A stretch of 64,000 nucleotides of DNA from positions 487 to 64,486 of the forward strand of contig JAPLME010000007.1 of NCBI GenBank assembly GCA_026387175.1, read 5' to 3'. Position numbers and translations under genes: made by a program. The notes under the pieces are model-generated. The model had not been told where the DNA came from, made no database searches, and worked only from the letters and a program-made list of their open reading frames with translations. Of the stretch, positions 18,434-29,108 are shown piece by piece; position 1 is the first letter of the stretch; each line of letters opens with the position of its first letter. This DNA comes from Candidatus Omnitrophota bacterium. GTDB lineage: Bacteria; Omnitrophota; Gorgyraeia; 2-01-FULL-45-10.

Positions 18434-21391
18434 ATGAACGCCCTGGCGATAACCAAAAAGACCTTATCAGTCCTTCTCATCTGCACTTTTATCACGAGCC
18501 AGGCGGCCTATCCCGTAACAGAAAACACCCAAACTAAAACTACCTACGAACAGAGTGTGCCCGGATCTTCCGTAGAAAAGACAATAAGCGCCGCCGCCGC
18601 TCTTACCTCTATGATAGAGGCCAAGAATGCCCTGATCTCCGCGCCTGTCGTTAGCAACCCCGCGGCACAGCAGATCATCATACACAGTGTATTCGAATTA
18701 CAGAACATCTCACAAAACCTCACCGCACATTATGCTCTCGCCAATGACATCGACGCCTCTATTACTAAAACATGGAACGGCGGATTAGGGTTTAATCCTA
18801 TTGATGGCTTTGCCGGTATATTCGATGGCCAGGGATACACGATCTCCAGCCTATATATAAATAGAGATACGCTAAATTTACTTGGGAGAAGGGATAACAT
18901 AGGACTTTTTGGTAAAACTGCTATTAATGCATGGGAAACCAGAATTATAAACACACATCTCGAGTCTGTTTTCATAACTGCTAATAGCTCTGCCGGAGGG
19001 TTGGTGGGCTTTTTCGCTAGTGGTGTAATCGAAAACTGCTCGGTAACGGGAACGATAAATATGGTGAATAGTAGTAGCGTTGGCGGCGGCCTTGTGGGCT
19101 GGAATGAGGGAGAGATATATAACTCCTCGGCGGAGGTAGCCGTGACCAGCTATAGCGAAGGCGGCGGCCTTGTCGGACAAAATAACGGATTAATTTACGG
19201 CTCTTACGCCGCAGGCATACTCGACGGCGCTTTATATACCGGCGGTCTCGCAGGCCGGAACGATGGGCGGATATATTACTCCACGGCTACGGGATCTGTG
19301 AATTGCTATCAATATGGCGGTGGCCTTGTAGGCTGGAACGAGGGGGAGATATACAGCTCCACGGCAGCGGGAGCCGTGAATGGCTATTATGGCATGGGCG
19401 GCCTCGTAGGCCGGAACAAGGGAGATATATATTACTCCATGGCTACGGGAGATGTAAACAAGAACTATTACGGTTCTTTCGATGCCGGCGGTCTTGTAGG
19501 CTGGAACGATGGAGAGATATACAGCTCCACGGCTGCTGGAACCGTTCGTGGTCGTTACAGCCCCGGTGGCTTCGTAGGGTCTAACAACGGGCAGATATAC
19601 TATTCCGCGGCAACGGGAACTGTGGAAGGATATGAGGGTGCTGGCGGTTTCGCGGGATTAAACGGTAATATCGGTACGATCTCAGGCTGTTACGCCACAG
19701 GTATCGTCACCAGTACTTCTGGTACCGATTACAGTACCAAGCGCACTGGTGGCTTTGTTGGTATGAACTATCGTTCCGGCATAACCGGTATAACCAATTC
19801 ATATGCGTCTAAGTTATATAACGTCCTCGACCTACAGCTTATTAAGTACAGGCCGACCGGTACATTTACAGTAATGCAGGACATCGATGCCATCGATACA
19901 AAAAACTGGAACGGGGGGCAGGGGTTCGAGTCGATCGCGAACTTCAATGGGATTTTCGACGGTAAGAACAAGGTCATCTCCAACCTCTATATAAACAGGC
20001 CCACCGAGAATAGTATAGGGCTTTTCGGATGGAATATGGGCACCATCATAAATACAGCCCTCAGCTGGGCAAATGTAAATGGTAGTTGCTACATTGGGGC
20101 GCTTGTAGGCATGAATTATGGCCAGATATCTAACTCTTGGGCAAACGGCGTGATAAAAGGAGCCTATTACCTTGGCGGCCTCGTTGGCATGAATTATGGC
20201 CAAATATGTAACTCCTGGACAAGCGGAACAATAAACGGCTATTACGGCGTAGGCGGCCTCGTCGGATACAATTACGGACTAATCCGGAGTTCTAATGCAT
20301 CGACCACTGTAAATGGCACTTACTATGTAGGCGGCCTCGCCGGCATGAACTATGCCCAGATATATAGCTCCACAGCAATAGGGATAATAAGCGGCTATTA
20401 CGGTATCGGCGGCCTCGCCGGATATAACTATGGTTTGATCTGGGGTTCTACCGCGTCGCCCACTGTAAATGGCACTTACTATGTCGGCGGCCTCGCCGGC
20501 ATGAGCTACGGCCAAATATATAACTCCACGGCGGTAGCGACGGTGAACGGCTATTACGGCGTCGGCGGCCTCGCAGGATATAATTATGGCTTAATCTGGG
20601 GTTCTTACGCCGCATGTGCTGTAAAAGGTACTTACTATGTCGGCGGCCTCGCCGGCATGAACTACAGCCAGATATATAATTCAACGACATGGGGAGTAAT
20701 AAACGGTTATTCCGGCATCGGTGGACTTGTCGGATATAACTACGGATTGATATATGGTTCCAGCGCATACGCCAATGTCACAGGCACCTGCTATGTCGGC
20801 GGCCTCGCCGGCATGAATTATGGCCAGATATATAACTCCTGGGCCAGTGGAATAGTAAATGGCTGGAACTACATCGGCGGGCTTGTCGGGGTAAATAGCG
20901 GCACTATCTCGGGATCCTCGGCACGGGGAGCCGTAACAGGCTATTACGGTACAGGCGGGCTTTGTGGATTGAATTACAGTGTTATCTCATCCTGTTATGC
21001 CACAGGCGCTGTCGCAGGCACTTACTATGCCGGCGGCCTTACCGGCATGAACTATGGCCAGATATCTTACTCTACCGCATATGGAGCCGTGAACGGCTTT
21101 TACGGTATCGGCGGCCTGGTCGGATATAACGCCGGCGTGATCTTAAACTCTTACGCCGTAGGCGCAGTTTCAGGAACTTACGATGTCGGCGGTCTTGTCG
21201 GTTTGAATATGTATACCGGCAAGATATATAATTCCGCGGCAACAGGAGGAGTAAATGGCTATGCCTATGTCGGCGGCCTCGTAGGCGCCAACTATGGCTT
21301 AATATCGAAGTGCTGGGCTATTGGACGTGTATTTGGTTCATACTATGTTGGTCAGTTAGTCGGTTATAACGCAGGGACCATAATATATTGA
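18434..21391 (+). CDS. Secreted GLUG-motif beta-helix surface protein (paralog 1)
   Basis: Signal peptide, NDIDAS..WNGG.GF.PI cap modules and dozens of GGLVG.N.G.I..S repeats. Confidence 0.88.
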   Translation: MNALAITKKTLSVLLICTFITSQAAYPVTENTQTKTTYEQSVPGSSVEKTISAAAALTSMIEAKNALISAPVVSNPAAQQIIIHSVFELQNISQNLTAHYALANDIDASITKTWNGGLGFNPIDGFAGIFDGQGYTISSLYINRDTLNLLGRRDNIGLFGKTAINAWETRIINTHLESVFITANSSAGGLVGFFASGVIENCSVTGTINMVNSSSVGGGLVGWNEGEIYNSSAEVAVTSYSEGGGLVGQNNGLIYGSYAAGILDGALYTGGLAGRNDGRIYYSTATGSVNCYQYGGGLVGWNEGEIYSSTAAGAVNGYYGMGGLVGRNKGDIYYSMATGDVNKNYYGSFDAGGLVGWNDGEIYSSTAAGTVRGRYSPGGFVGSNNGQIYYSAATGTVEGYEGAGGFAGLNGNIGTISGCYATGIVTSTSGTDYSTKRTGGFVGMNYRSGITGITNSYASKLYNVLDLQLIKYRPTGTFTVMQDIDAIDTKNWNGGQGFESIANFNGIFDGKNKVISNLYINRPTENSIGLFGWNMGTIINTALSWANVNGSCYIGALVGMNYGQISNSWANGVIKGAYYLGGLVGMNYGQICNSWTSGTINGYYGVGGLVGYNYGLIRSSNASTTVNGTYYVGGLAGMNYAQIYSSTAIGIISGYYGIGGLAGYNYGLIWGSTASPTVNGTYYVGGLAGMSYGQIYNSTAVATVNGYYGVGGLAGYNYGLIWGSYAACAVKGTYYVGGLAGMNYSQIYNSTTWGVINGYSGIGGLVGYNYGLIYGSSAYANVTGTCYVGGLAGMNYGQIYNSWASGIVNGWNYIGGLVGVNSGTISGSSARGAVTGYYGTGGLCGLNYSVISSCYATGAVAGTYYAGGLTGMNYGQISYSTAYGAVNGFYGIGGLVGYNAGVILNSYAVGAVSGTYDVGGLVGLNMYTGKIYNSAATGGVNGYAYVGGLVGANYGLISKCWAIGRVFGSYYVGQLVGYNAGTIIY

Positions 21392-21442
21392 AGAGCAATA
21401 TGATAGGGTAGGCAATTTTCAATAACGATAGGGAGGTGTCCC

Positions 21443-24400
21443 ATGAACACCCTGGCCGTAATGAAGAAAACAGTATCGGTATTTCTCATATGCACTTTTA
21501 TCACGAGCCAGGCGGCCTACCCTGTATTAGAAAACACCCAAACTAACACATCCTACGAACAGAGTGTGCCCGGAACCTCCGTAGAAAAGACATTAAGCAC
21601 TACAGCTGCTCTTACCTCTATGATAGATGCCAAGAACGCTCTCCTGGGGCCGACGCCTGTGGCCAGTAACCCTGCTGCGCAATAGGTTGCCAGTACTACC
21701 ACCGTTCAACCCACTATCGTTATACACAGCGTATTCGAACTGCAAAATATTTCACAGAACCTCACCGCGCATTATACCCTCGCCAATGACATTGATGCTT
21801 CTATCACTAACACATGGAATGGTGGTCTAGGATTCAACCCTATAGACAATTTTGCCGGTATCTTCGATGGCGGTGGATATACCATCTCCAACCTCTATAT
21901 AAATAGGCCCAACGAAGACTTTATAGGGTTATTCGGTAGTACGGTCATAAGTAAATGGGATACCAGGATAATGAATGTGCGGCTCGAATCGGTTTCTATA
22001 ACCGGATTAAATGCTGTAAGCGGTCTTTGCGGATATAATGCAGGGACAATCTTAGCTTCTTATGTCACTGGGTCTGTTATTGGCTATACCGCTGCGGGGG
22101 GGCTGGTAGGAATAAATGATGGCAAAATAGATAATTGCCAAGTGACTGGAACAGTAAGTGGCCGTCCCGGTGAAACTTCTGGTATCGGCGGTCTTGTAGG
22201 TGAAAACTACGGCACGATCTCAAACTCACAAACGGGTGGGACTGTGGAAGGGACTTTAGGTAATAAAGCCCTTTGTGCTGGTGGCCTTGTCGGATTTAAT
22301 GAAGGTATAATTTCAACTTCTTATTCCACGAGTAATGTTGGCGGAAGTGACTTTCTCGGCGGATTCGTAGGTATAAATGGCGGTAAAATATATAATTCCT
22401 CTGCAATGGGAACAGTAATTGGCCCGCACTCTGAAGGTATAGGTGGATTTGCTGGTGGAAATTGGGGAGAGATCTTTAGTTCACGGGCAAGCGGAGCCGT
22501 GAACGGATATGGAGATGTCGGCGGCCTGTGCGGCGGAGTCGCGATAGGTGGGATGGTTTTCGATTCTTACGCTACAGGTATTGTTACAGGTGTTGAAGTT
22601 GTCGGTGGTCTCGCAGGCATAAGTTATGGAAATGTAACTAATTCCAGGGCAACTGGAACAATAAGCGGTAAGACATGTATTGGCGGTCTCATAGGTAGCA
22701 ATATTGGCTTGATATCGGAATCTTGGGCGAGTGGCGTTGTAAGTGGCGACTGGACGATTATCGGCGGCCTGTGCGGGTACAATGGTGATGGCGGTACAAT
22801 TAAAGCCTCTTATGCTAAAGGAAGCGTCACTTGTAATGACACTTATAACTATTATACCAGTAGCGATGATGTTGGCGGATTGGTGGGTGATAATTTTGGC
22901 ACAATTTCAGATTCTTGGGCAGCTGGTACGGTAAAAGGTGCTGAAGGTGTTGGCGGTCTATGCGGGTATACCGGTGGTATAATATCCGCCTCATATTCTT
23001 TAGGCAACGTTATCGGTAAATCTAAAGTCGGTGGGTTTTCCGGTGCTACCTCTGGGGACATATCTAACTCTTGGGCGACAGGAGCAGTGACTGGTGGCAA
23101 CAGTACCGGCGGGTTCTCGGGTTTAAATTTCGGTTCAGTATCCGATTCCTGGGCAAGCGGAGTTGTGAAGGGGTCTTCATATGTAGGTGGTTTTGTGGGT
23201 AGTAATGGTTATGAAGGCACGATCTCAAACTCCTGGGCAAGCGGAGCTGTGGATGGAGTTTCATATGTTGGCGGTTTATGTGGATACAATGTTTACGGCA
23301 TGATAGCGTCCTCTTACGCCTTAGGCAACATCACTGGAACCGACCACGTAGGCGGACTTGTAGGCATGAATATTAGCAAGATATATAACTCCTGGACAAG
23401 CGGAGCTGTGAATGGATCTTTATATGTTGGCGGCATAGCTGGATATAATATGAATTACGACATAGGTGGCATAATTTTATCGACTGGCATAATCTCAGGC
23501 TCTTGTGCCACAGGCGTTGTCACCGGCACCAACTTTGTCGGCGGCCTTGTCGGCAAAAACGATAAATCCGGCATAACCGGTATTACCAATTCCTATGCAT
23601 TGAACTTGTATAACGTCCTCGACCTCCAGCTTATGAAGTACAAGCTGGACGGCACATTTACGGTGATGGGTGACATCGACGCCTCCGACACCAAAAACTG
23701 GAATGGGGGAAAGGGGTTCGAGTCGATCGCAAACTTTGCGGGTATTTTCGACGGCAAGAACAAGGTCATCTCCAACCTCTATATAAATAGGCCTACTGAG
23801 ACCAATATAGGATTCTTCGGCAGTACAGCTATAGGTCCGTGGGAAGTCAAGATCATGAATACGCGGCTTGAGTCGGTTTCTGTGACTGGTAATGGTTCCG
23901 TTGGTGGTCTTGTTGGCTGTTTGTCAGCAAATGGCACAATAGAGCGCTCTTTGGTAACGGGAACTATAAACGGTCTCGGCTACTATATAGGCGGCCTTGT
24001 TGGTGGCAACTTTGAAGGAACCATTCGACAGTCATTTGCATCCGCGACAGTAACTGCCCCCGGCCTTGTTGGCGGTTTAGTTGGTATGAATACCGGAGAT
24101 ATTTATGATTCATATTCGACCTCCGATGTCAGCGGCAATTATTGGGCTGGCGGACTTGTCGGATTTAACAATGCCCAGTGGCAATATGCATATGGCCCAC
24201 ACGGTACGCGCATCCCTTATTTGGCATATGCCGGTAATGTTTACCGCAGCTATTCTACGGGCAGAGTTACTGGTTCTGACATTTATAATGGCGGGCTTAT
24301 AGGGTGCTCATGGGGTGGTACTATCTCCGACTCATACTGGAATATGAATACTTCCGGCATGAGTACAAGCGGTGGTGGCATGGGGAAGACCACAGCTCAG

Positions 24401-26866
24401 ATGATGGACGCCTCGACGTTTACGGGATGGGATATTTCATATAATTCCGGGCACACGTGGATCATGGCTGGGTATCCGCATCTGCAGTGGGAGTGGACCG
24501 ACAAGATAACCAACGCCTCCCAGCTCCAGATGGTGACGCTCAATACTAGCGCTAACTATACCATCGCTAATAACATCGATGCCTTCGCCACTAAAGGATG
24601 GAATGGCGGGTTGGGTTTTAACCCTATCGATGATTTTGCGGGCATTTTTGATGGCAAGAACAAGGTCATCTCCAACCTCTATATAAATAGGCCTAGTGAG
24701 TACTATGTAGGCCTTTTTGGCAGCATAGGTACAGGTTCGCAGGAAGCCAGGATTACGAATACAAGGCTCGAGTCGGTTTCTATAACCGGCGATAGTGATG
24801 TGGGCGGCCTCGTCGGTAGTCTATCAAATAAAGGCGTGATTGAGAATTGCTCCGTAACCGGAACGGTAAAAGGCTATAATTACACTATAGGTGGACTGGT
24901 CGGTTATAATGGTATTTACGGAACTATCCTGCAGTCATTCACGTCCGCGATAGTAAGCGCTGTTTATGGTTATGGCTACATAGTGGGCGGTCTTGTGGGC
25001 ATGAATGTCGGTAATATTTATAATTCATACTCGACATCCGCTGTAAACAATGGTTATAAATATACCGGCGGACTTGTAGGTTCCAATGCCGGTAATATTT
25101 ATAATTCCTGGGCAACAGGGACGGTAAGCAGCAATATCAGTAGTAATGTCACCGGCAATATCAGCAGTAGCGATGGTGCTGGTGGACTTGTGGGCGCGAA
25201 CTCCGGAGGAATATACGGTTCCTGGGCAAGCGGAGCAGTAATAGGAGGCGCATATGGATCTTCGCATCTCGGCGGCCTGATCTCGGCCTCGTATGCGATA
25301 GGTAGTATTATAGGGCGTAACGCTTTCCGTATCGGCGGCCTTGTAGGAGAGAACCAGGGCAAAATATATAATTCCTGGGCAAGCGGAGCTGTGAACAGTG
25401 TATATAGCTATGCCGGAGGTCTCGTCGGATACAATGCAGCTAATGGTTTGATATCGGCTTCTTATGCCATAGGTAATGTCACGGCCAGCTCATCTATCGG
25501 CGGCCTCGCAGGTTTTAACGACAACGGCACTATCTCGGACTCATGGGCAAGCGGAACTATCGCTGGAGCTAGCAATATAGGCGGCCTAGTAGGAGATAAT
25601 ACAGGAACGATTTCTAACTCTTATGCTAAAGGGAGCCTTAAGAATGGCTGTGTTGCCGGCGGACTTGTCGGTGAAAACAAGGGCTCCGGCAAAATATATA
25701 ACTCTTGGGCCACCGGAGCTGTGGATGGGAGCTCATGTGCCGGCGGCCTTGTGGGGCTTAACAACATCGGAGCCATGATTTCGAACTCATGGGCAAGCGG
25801 CGCCATAAAGGGATATGCGTATTATTCTTCAGGCCTCGGCGGCCTGGTCGGGACCAACGCCGGTATAATTTCGGCCTCGTATGCTACAGGTAGTGTTATC
25901 GGTGCGCTCAATGCAGTTCGTCTCGGCGGCCTTGTAGGAAATAACTGCGGCAAAATATATAGCTCATGGGCGAGAGGAGCCATAACCGGCGCATATACCT
26001 ATGCCGGTGGATTAGTCGGATATAACGAAGTTAATAGTTTGATTTCATACTGTTATGCGCTAGGCGCTGTTACCGGCACCTACTTTGCCGGCGGACTTGT
26101 AGGCCAGAACCGCGGCACGATCTTGAGTTCCCGGGCAAACGGCGTTGTAAATGGACAATCACTTGCCGGCGGCCTCGTTGGAGATAATTATGGCGTAATT
26201 TCCGCCTCTTATGCCACAGGCAGTGTCACCAGTACTGGTGCCGACATCGGCGGACTTGTAGGCCAGAACCGCGGCACGATCTTGAGTTCCTGGGCAAGCG
26301 GAGCCGTGAAGGGGAGATCTGAAGTCGGCGGCCTCGTCGGATGGAATGACGGACTGATCTCGGCCTCGTATGCTTTGGGCAATGTTATTGGCTCTGCTAT
26401 TCTTGGCGGCCTTGTAGGCGACAATTATTATTCCGGCACGATCTCGAATTCATGGGCCGGGGGAGCCGTAACCGGGGATACAAATGTTCTATCTTTTCAA
26501 TCCTTTGCCGGCGGATTGGTGGGAAATAATCATGGCTTGATCTCAACCTCCTGCGCCACCGGTAATGTTACCACAGCCTCTTCCTGGATCGGCGGGCTTG
26601 TGGGTATAAATTACGGCAAAATATATAATTCCTGGGCGTCGGGAATAGTAAAAGGATATGATTTCGTTGGCGGGCTCACAGGTTTTAATAATAACACGAT
26701 CTCTAATTCCTGGGCGAGGGGAACTGTAAGCGGGCATTACTACGTCGGCGGCCTGGTGGGCGCCAACTACGGCCTGATATACAAGTGCCGGGCATTTGGC
26801 CGCGTATTCGGTTCACGTTATGTAGGTTGGCTAGTCGGTTATAACGCTGGGACCATAATATACTAG
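21443..26866 (+). pseudogene. GLUG-motif surface protein (paralog 2), interrupted by one in-frame TAG at 21683-21685
   Basis: ORFs 21443..21685 and 21971..26866 share a frame. The sequence between them translates without stops and aligns to paralog 1 (IHSVFELQNISQNLTAHY). Confidence 0.8.
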
Positions 26867-26877
26867 AGGCAGTAACC

Positions 26878-26953
26878 GCATTTGCCGGGCCTCCACTCCC
26901 GGCAGATGTATTATCCCCATGTCGATTGACGCTGTCGGCATGGGGATTTTTTT
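26878..26953 (+). terminator. Hairpin followed by an intrinsic terminator
   Basis: gcatttgccggg/cccggcagatgt, then atccccatgtcga/tcggcatggggat followed by a T run. Confidence 0.8.
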
Positions 26954-27055
26954 GTTTTTGTTTTAATTTGACTATCAACTTCTCCTGTGGTATATATGGG
27001 TATACACTCATAAAATAAGCTGTGGATAGATTTTGTAAAATGGGGGTTTAATTTT

Positions 27056-27385
27056 ATGCCGATGGGAAAGGATAGCGAAAAACCGGTAAAAAAAGGCCGG
27101 CCTATCAAGGCCAGGATAGTGCATAGGGAGCCGGGGACAAAACAATTTAGCCCTCGCGGCAGGCGAGGGAGGCCGGGCTATAACGCTCTGAAGCACGAGG
27201 AGTTGGAGGCTATAAGATTGGCCGATTTTACAGGCTTGAAACAGGCCGAGGCTGCCGAGCAGATGAACATAAGCCAGCAGACGTTTTCCAGGGTCTTGAG
27301 ATCCGGCCGGAAATGCCTGGCGGAGGCCATTGTATTGGGCCATATAATAAAGGTCGATGGGGGAGACTTCAAGCTTGAAAAATAA
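27056..27385 (+). CDS. DUF134 HTH DNA-binding protein
   Basis: GRP.K.R, F.PRG and EELEAIRLAD..GL.Q.EAA.QM.IS..TF.R motifs. Confidence 0.88.
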   Translation: MPMGKDSEKPVKKGRPIKARIVHREPGTKQFSPRGRRGRPGYNALKHEELEAIRLADFTGLKQAEAAEQMNISQQTFSRVLRSGRKCLAEAIVLGHIIKVDGGDFKLEK

Positions 27386-27451
27386 GCTAAAATCCATATA
27401 ACGTCCTAAGTTAACATTGATGTTTAGTGCGATTTGTGATATGGTTATGGT

Positions 27452-28315
27452 ATGGCTAAAGGGTTAAGAACAAGATTGAACCAGGAAGAGTTGCGCAGGC
27501 TATATCTTGTAGAGAAAAAATCTCTCGAGGATATCGCGCGGCTACATGGTGCATCCAGGGTTGCCGTGTGGAAGTATTGTAATGCCGAGGGCTTGACGAG
27601 GCGCACCAGGTCGGCCGCCAGATTGGAAGCCCAGAAAAAAGGAAAAGTTCCCCAGGGCTTCTTCGAAATAAATGATAATTTTTTCAGTAATTGGTCTCCG
27701 GAAATGGCGTATGTTTTGGGATTAATCGCCACCGATGGTTGCGTTTCTAAATCCGGTACCGTGTCGCTCTGTATAAACGATAAAGATCTATTAGAAAAAG
27801 TAAGACTGGTTATGGATTCCGAGCATAAGATATGCCGGTCAAAGTATCAAGAAGGGTTATATTCTTTTCATTTTGCAAGGCCCCGGTTAGTTAAGGACTT
27901 GGCAGCGCTTGGTATTCTGCCCAGGAAGAGCCTGAATATTAAGTTTCCGGCAGTTCCGGATGCTTTTTTGATTGATTTTGTCAGAGGAGTTTTTGATGGT
28001 GACGGCTCCGTGTATTTTGAAAAACGAAGCGAACGCTATCCTTTAAGAACGACATTTGTCAGCAGCTCGCAAGAGTTCATTGAAAAACTGGAGATCGTTC
28101 TGCGGCAAATGGGGTTACCTGAACGTGTAATACACAGGCAAACTACGAAAAACGGATTACATTTTAAGATCAGATATAGTCATAAAGATAGCGCGAAACT
28201 GTTTCATTTGATGTACAATGACACTGCCAATTCCTTGTTTTTGGGGCGTAAATATAATAAATTTTTGGATGGTTTTCAGAAAGAAAATAGCGGAGCTGAA
28301 TATAATGGAAAATGA
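27452..28315 (+). CDS. Free-standing LAGLIDADG endonuclease-family protein with an N-terminal HTH
   Basis: Two motifs, AYVLGLIATDG and FVRGVFDGDG; N-terminal SLEDIARLHGASRVAV HTH. Confidence 0.88.
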   Translation: MAKGLRTRLNQEELRRLYLVEKKSLEDIARLHGASRVAVWKYCNAEGLTRRTRSAARLEAQKKGKVPQGFFEINDNFFSNWSPEMAYVLGLIATDGCVSKSGTVSLCINDKDLLEKVRLVMDSEHKICRSKYQEGLYSFHFARPRLVKDLAALGILPRKSLNIKFPAVPDAFLIDFVRGVFDGDGSVYFEKRSERYPLRTTFVSSSQEFIEKLEIVLRQMGLPERVIHRQTTKNGLHFKIRYSHKDSAKLFHLMYNDTANSLFLGRKYNKFLDGFQKENSGAEYNGK

Positions 28316-28517
28316 GCTAGAGGCATGGCGCAAAGCGCATAAATTTTACTCATGTAGCGCCTATTTGACGAAAGATTTAGCAGCATATCTAAAAGTCTCA
28401 CCCAGGACGGTTCAGAGGTGGCTAAAAGGAAAGACGCATCCCAAAGAAACGCAATTAGGCCTTATCAAAAAATATCTATCCGAAAACTCCAAAAATACCA
28501 CCAAAAGCGAAATATAG
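28305..28517 (+). CDS. Small XRE/Cro-like HTH protein
   Basis: GGAG RBS; TKDLAAYLKVSPRTVQRWLKG. It overlaps the LAGLIDADG stop. Confidence 0.75.
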   Translation: MENELEAWRKAHKFYSCSAYLTKDLAAYLKVSPRTVQRWLKGKTHPKETQLGLIKKYLSENSKNTTKSEI

Positions 28518-28593
28518 AGTTAAATATTAATCCGCTGACCCAATAGAAGGCGCCTAAGGACAGTTGTTTGTTTCCCTTCATATATGTCGCACT

Positions 28594-28621
28594 GCGCCCG
28601 ATAATATATCTTATGTTAACT
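28594..28621 (+). other. dif: dif site (XerC/XerD chromosome dimer resolution)
   Basis: GCGCCCGATAA-TATATC-TTATGTTAACT, an 11-6-11 layout. The XerD arm matches E. coli TTATGTTAAAT at 10/11. The site is intergenic, at the point where gene orientation switches. Confidence 0.85.
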
Positions 28622-28746
28622 TGCCAAGCACAAAGTAATTGATATAAGATATTGATGTACAATGTCTTCTGTGTTTATGCGGTTTTCCTGTTGATAAGTG
28701 TATCTCTGCGGGAATCCATTCAACTAACTGCAGTATTGACTTGCGG

Positions 28747-29097
28747 CTAAGTCTTTTCAACTTCTATTGAATCGACCAGGAATTCTTTATTATATATGAT
28801 ATCCAGGTCTGAATCATTGCATTTAACGCATCTGGTGGTCGGTTTATCTACTGAAAAAGTATGTTTGCAAGAACGGCATTTTATTTCGAGCTGCAACACC
28901 TTGATATTAAGAGCTGTATTCTCGAATTTCGTGCCTTTTGTCATGGCCTTGAAGGTCTCGGTAAGGGTTTCGGGTTTGACATGGCTTAAAGGGCTTAATG
29001 CGGCATTTACAGTGATGATTTTAGAGCCTTTTGGTATAGTATTCAGCTTATCATTAAGAGCATTCAATATCTCTTTAGTAAACATCAAATCATGCAT
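28747..29097 (-). CDS. hypA: Nickel metallochaperone HypA family
   Basis: N-terminal MHD, two CxxC motifs and C-terminal EF.VDSIEVE. Confidence 0.75.
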   Translation of the reverse strand: MHDLMFTKEILNALNDKLNTIPKGSKIITVNAALSPLSHVKPETLTETFKAMTKGTKFENTALNIKVLQLEIKCRSCKHTFSVDKPTTRCVKCNDSDLDIIYNKEFLVDSIEVEKT

Positions 29098-29108
29098 TTA
29101 TAGGCTTT

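Noticed and set aside
21683-21685. Genome-wide TAG reassignment or pyrrolysine
   Set aside because: Several genes end in TAG at the expected positions, and no pyl genes are seen.
18434-26953. Diversity-generating retroelement acting on the similar GLUG C-termini
   Set aside because: There is no reverse transcriptase or non-coding template repeat in the window, and the differences are not adenine-specific.
27452-28315. LAGLIDADG as part of a group I intron or intein
   Set aside because: No interrupted host gene, intron core or intein splice residues are recognisable.
27021-28697. DnaA-box-like 9-mers (TGTGGATAG at 27021, TGTTGATAA near 28689) suggesting oriC
   Set aside because: They are isolated one-mismatch hits. 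Genes converge rather than diverge here and a dif site is present, which fits a terminus.
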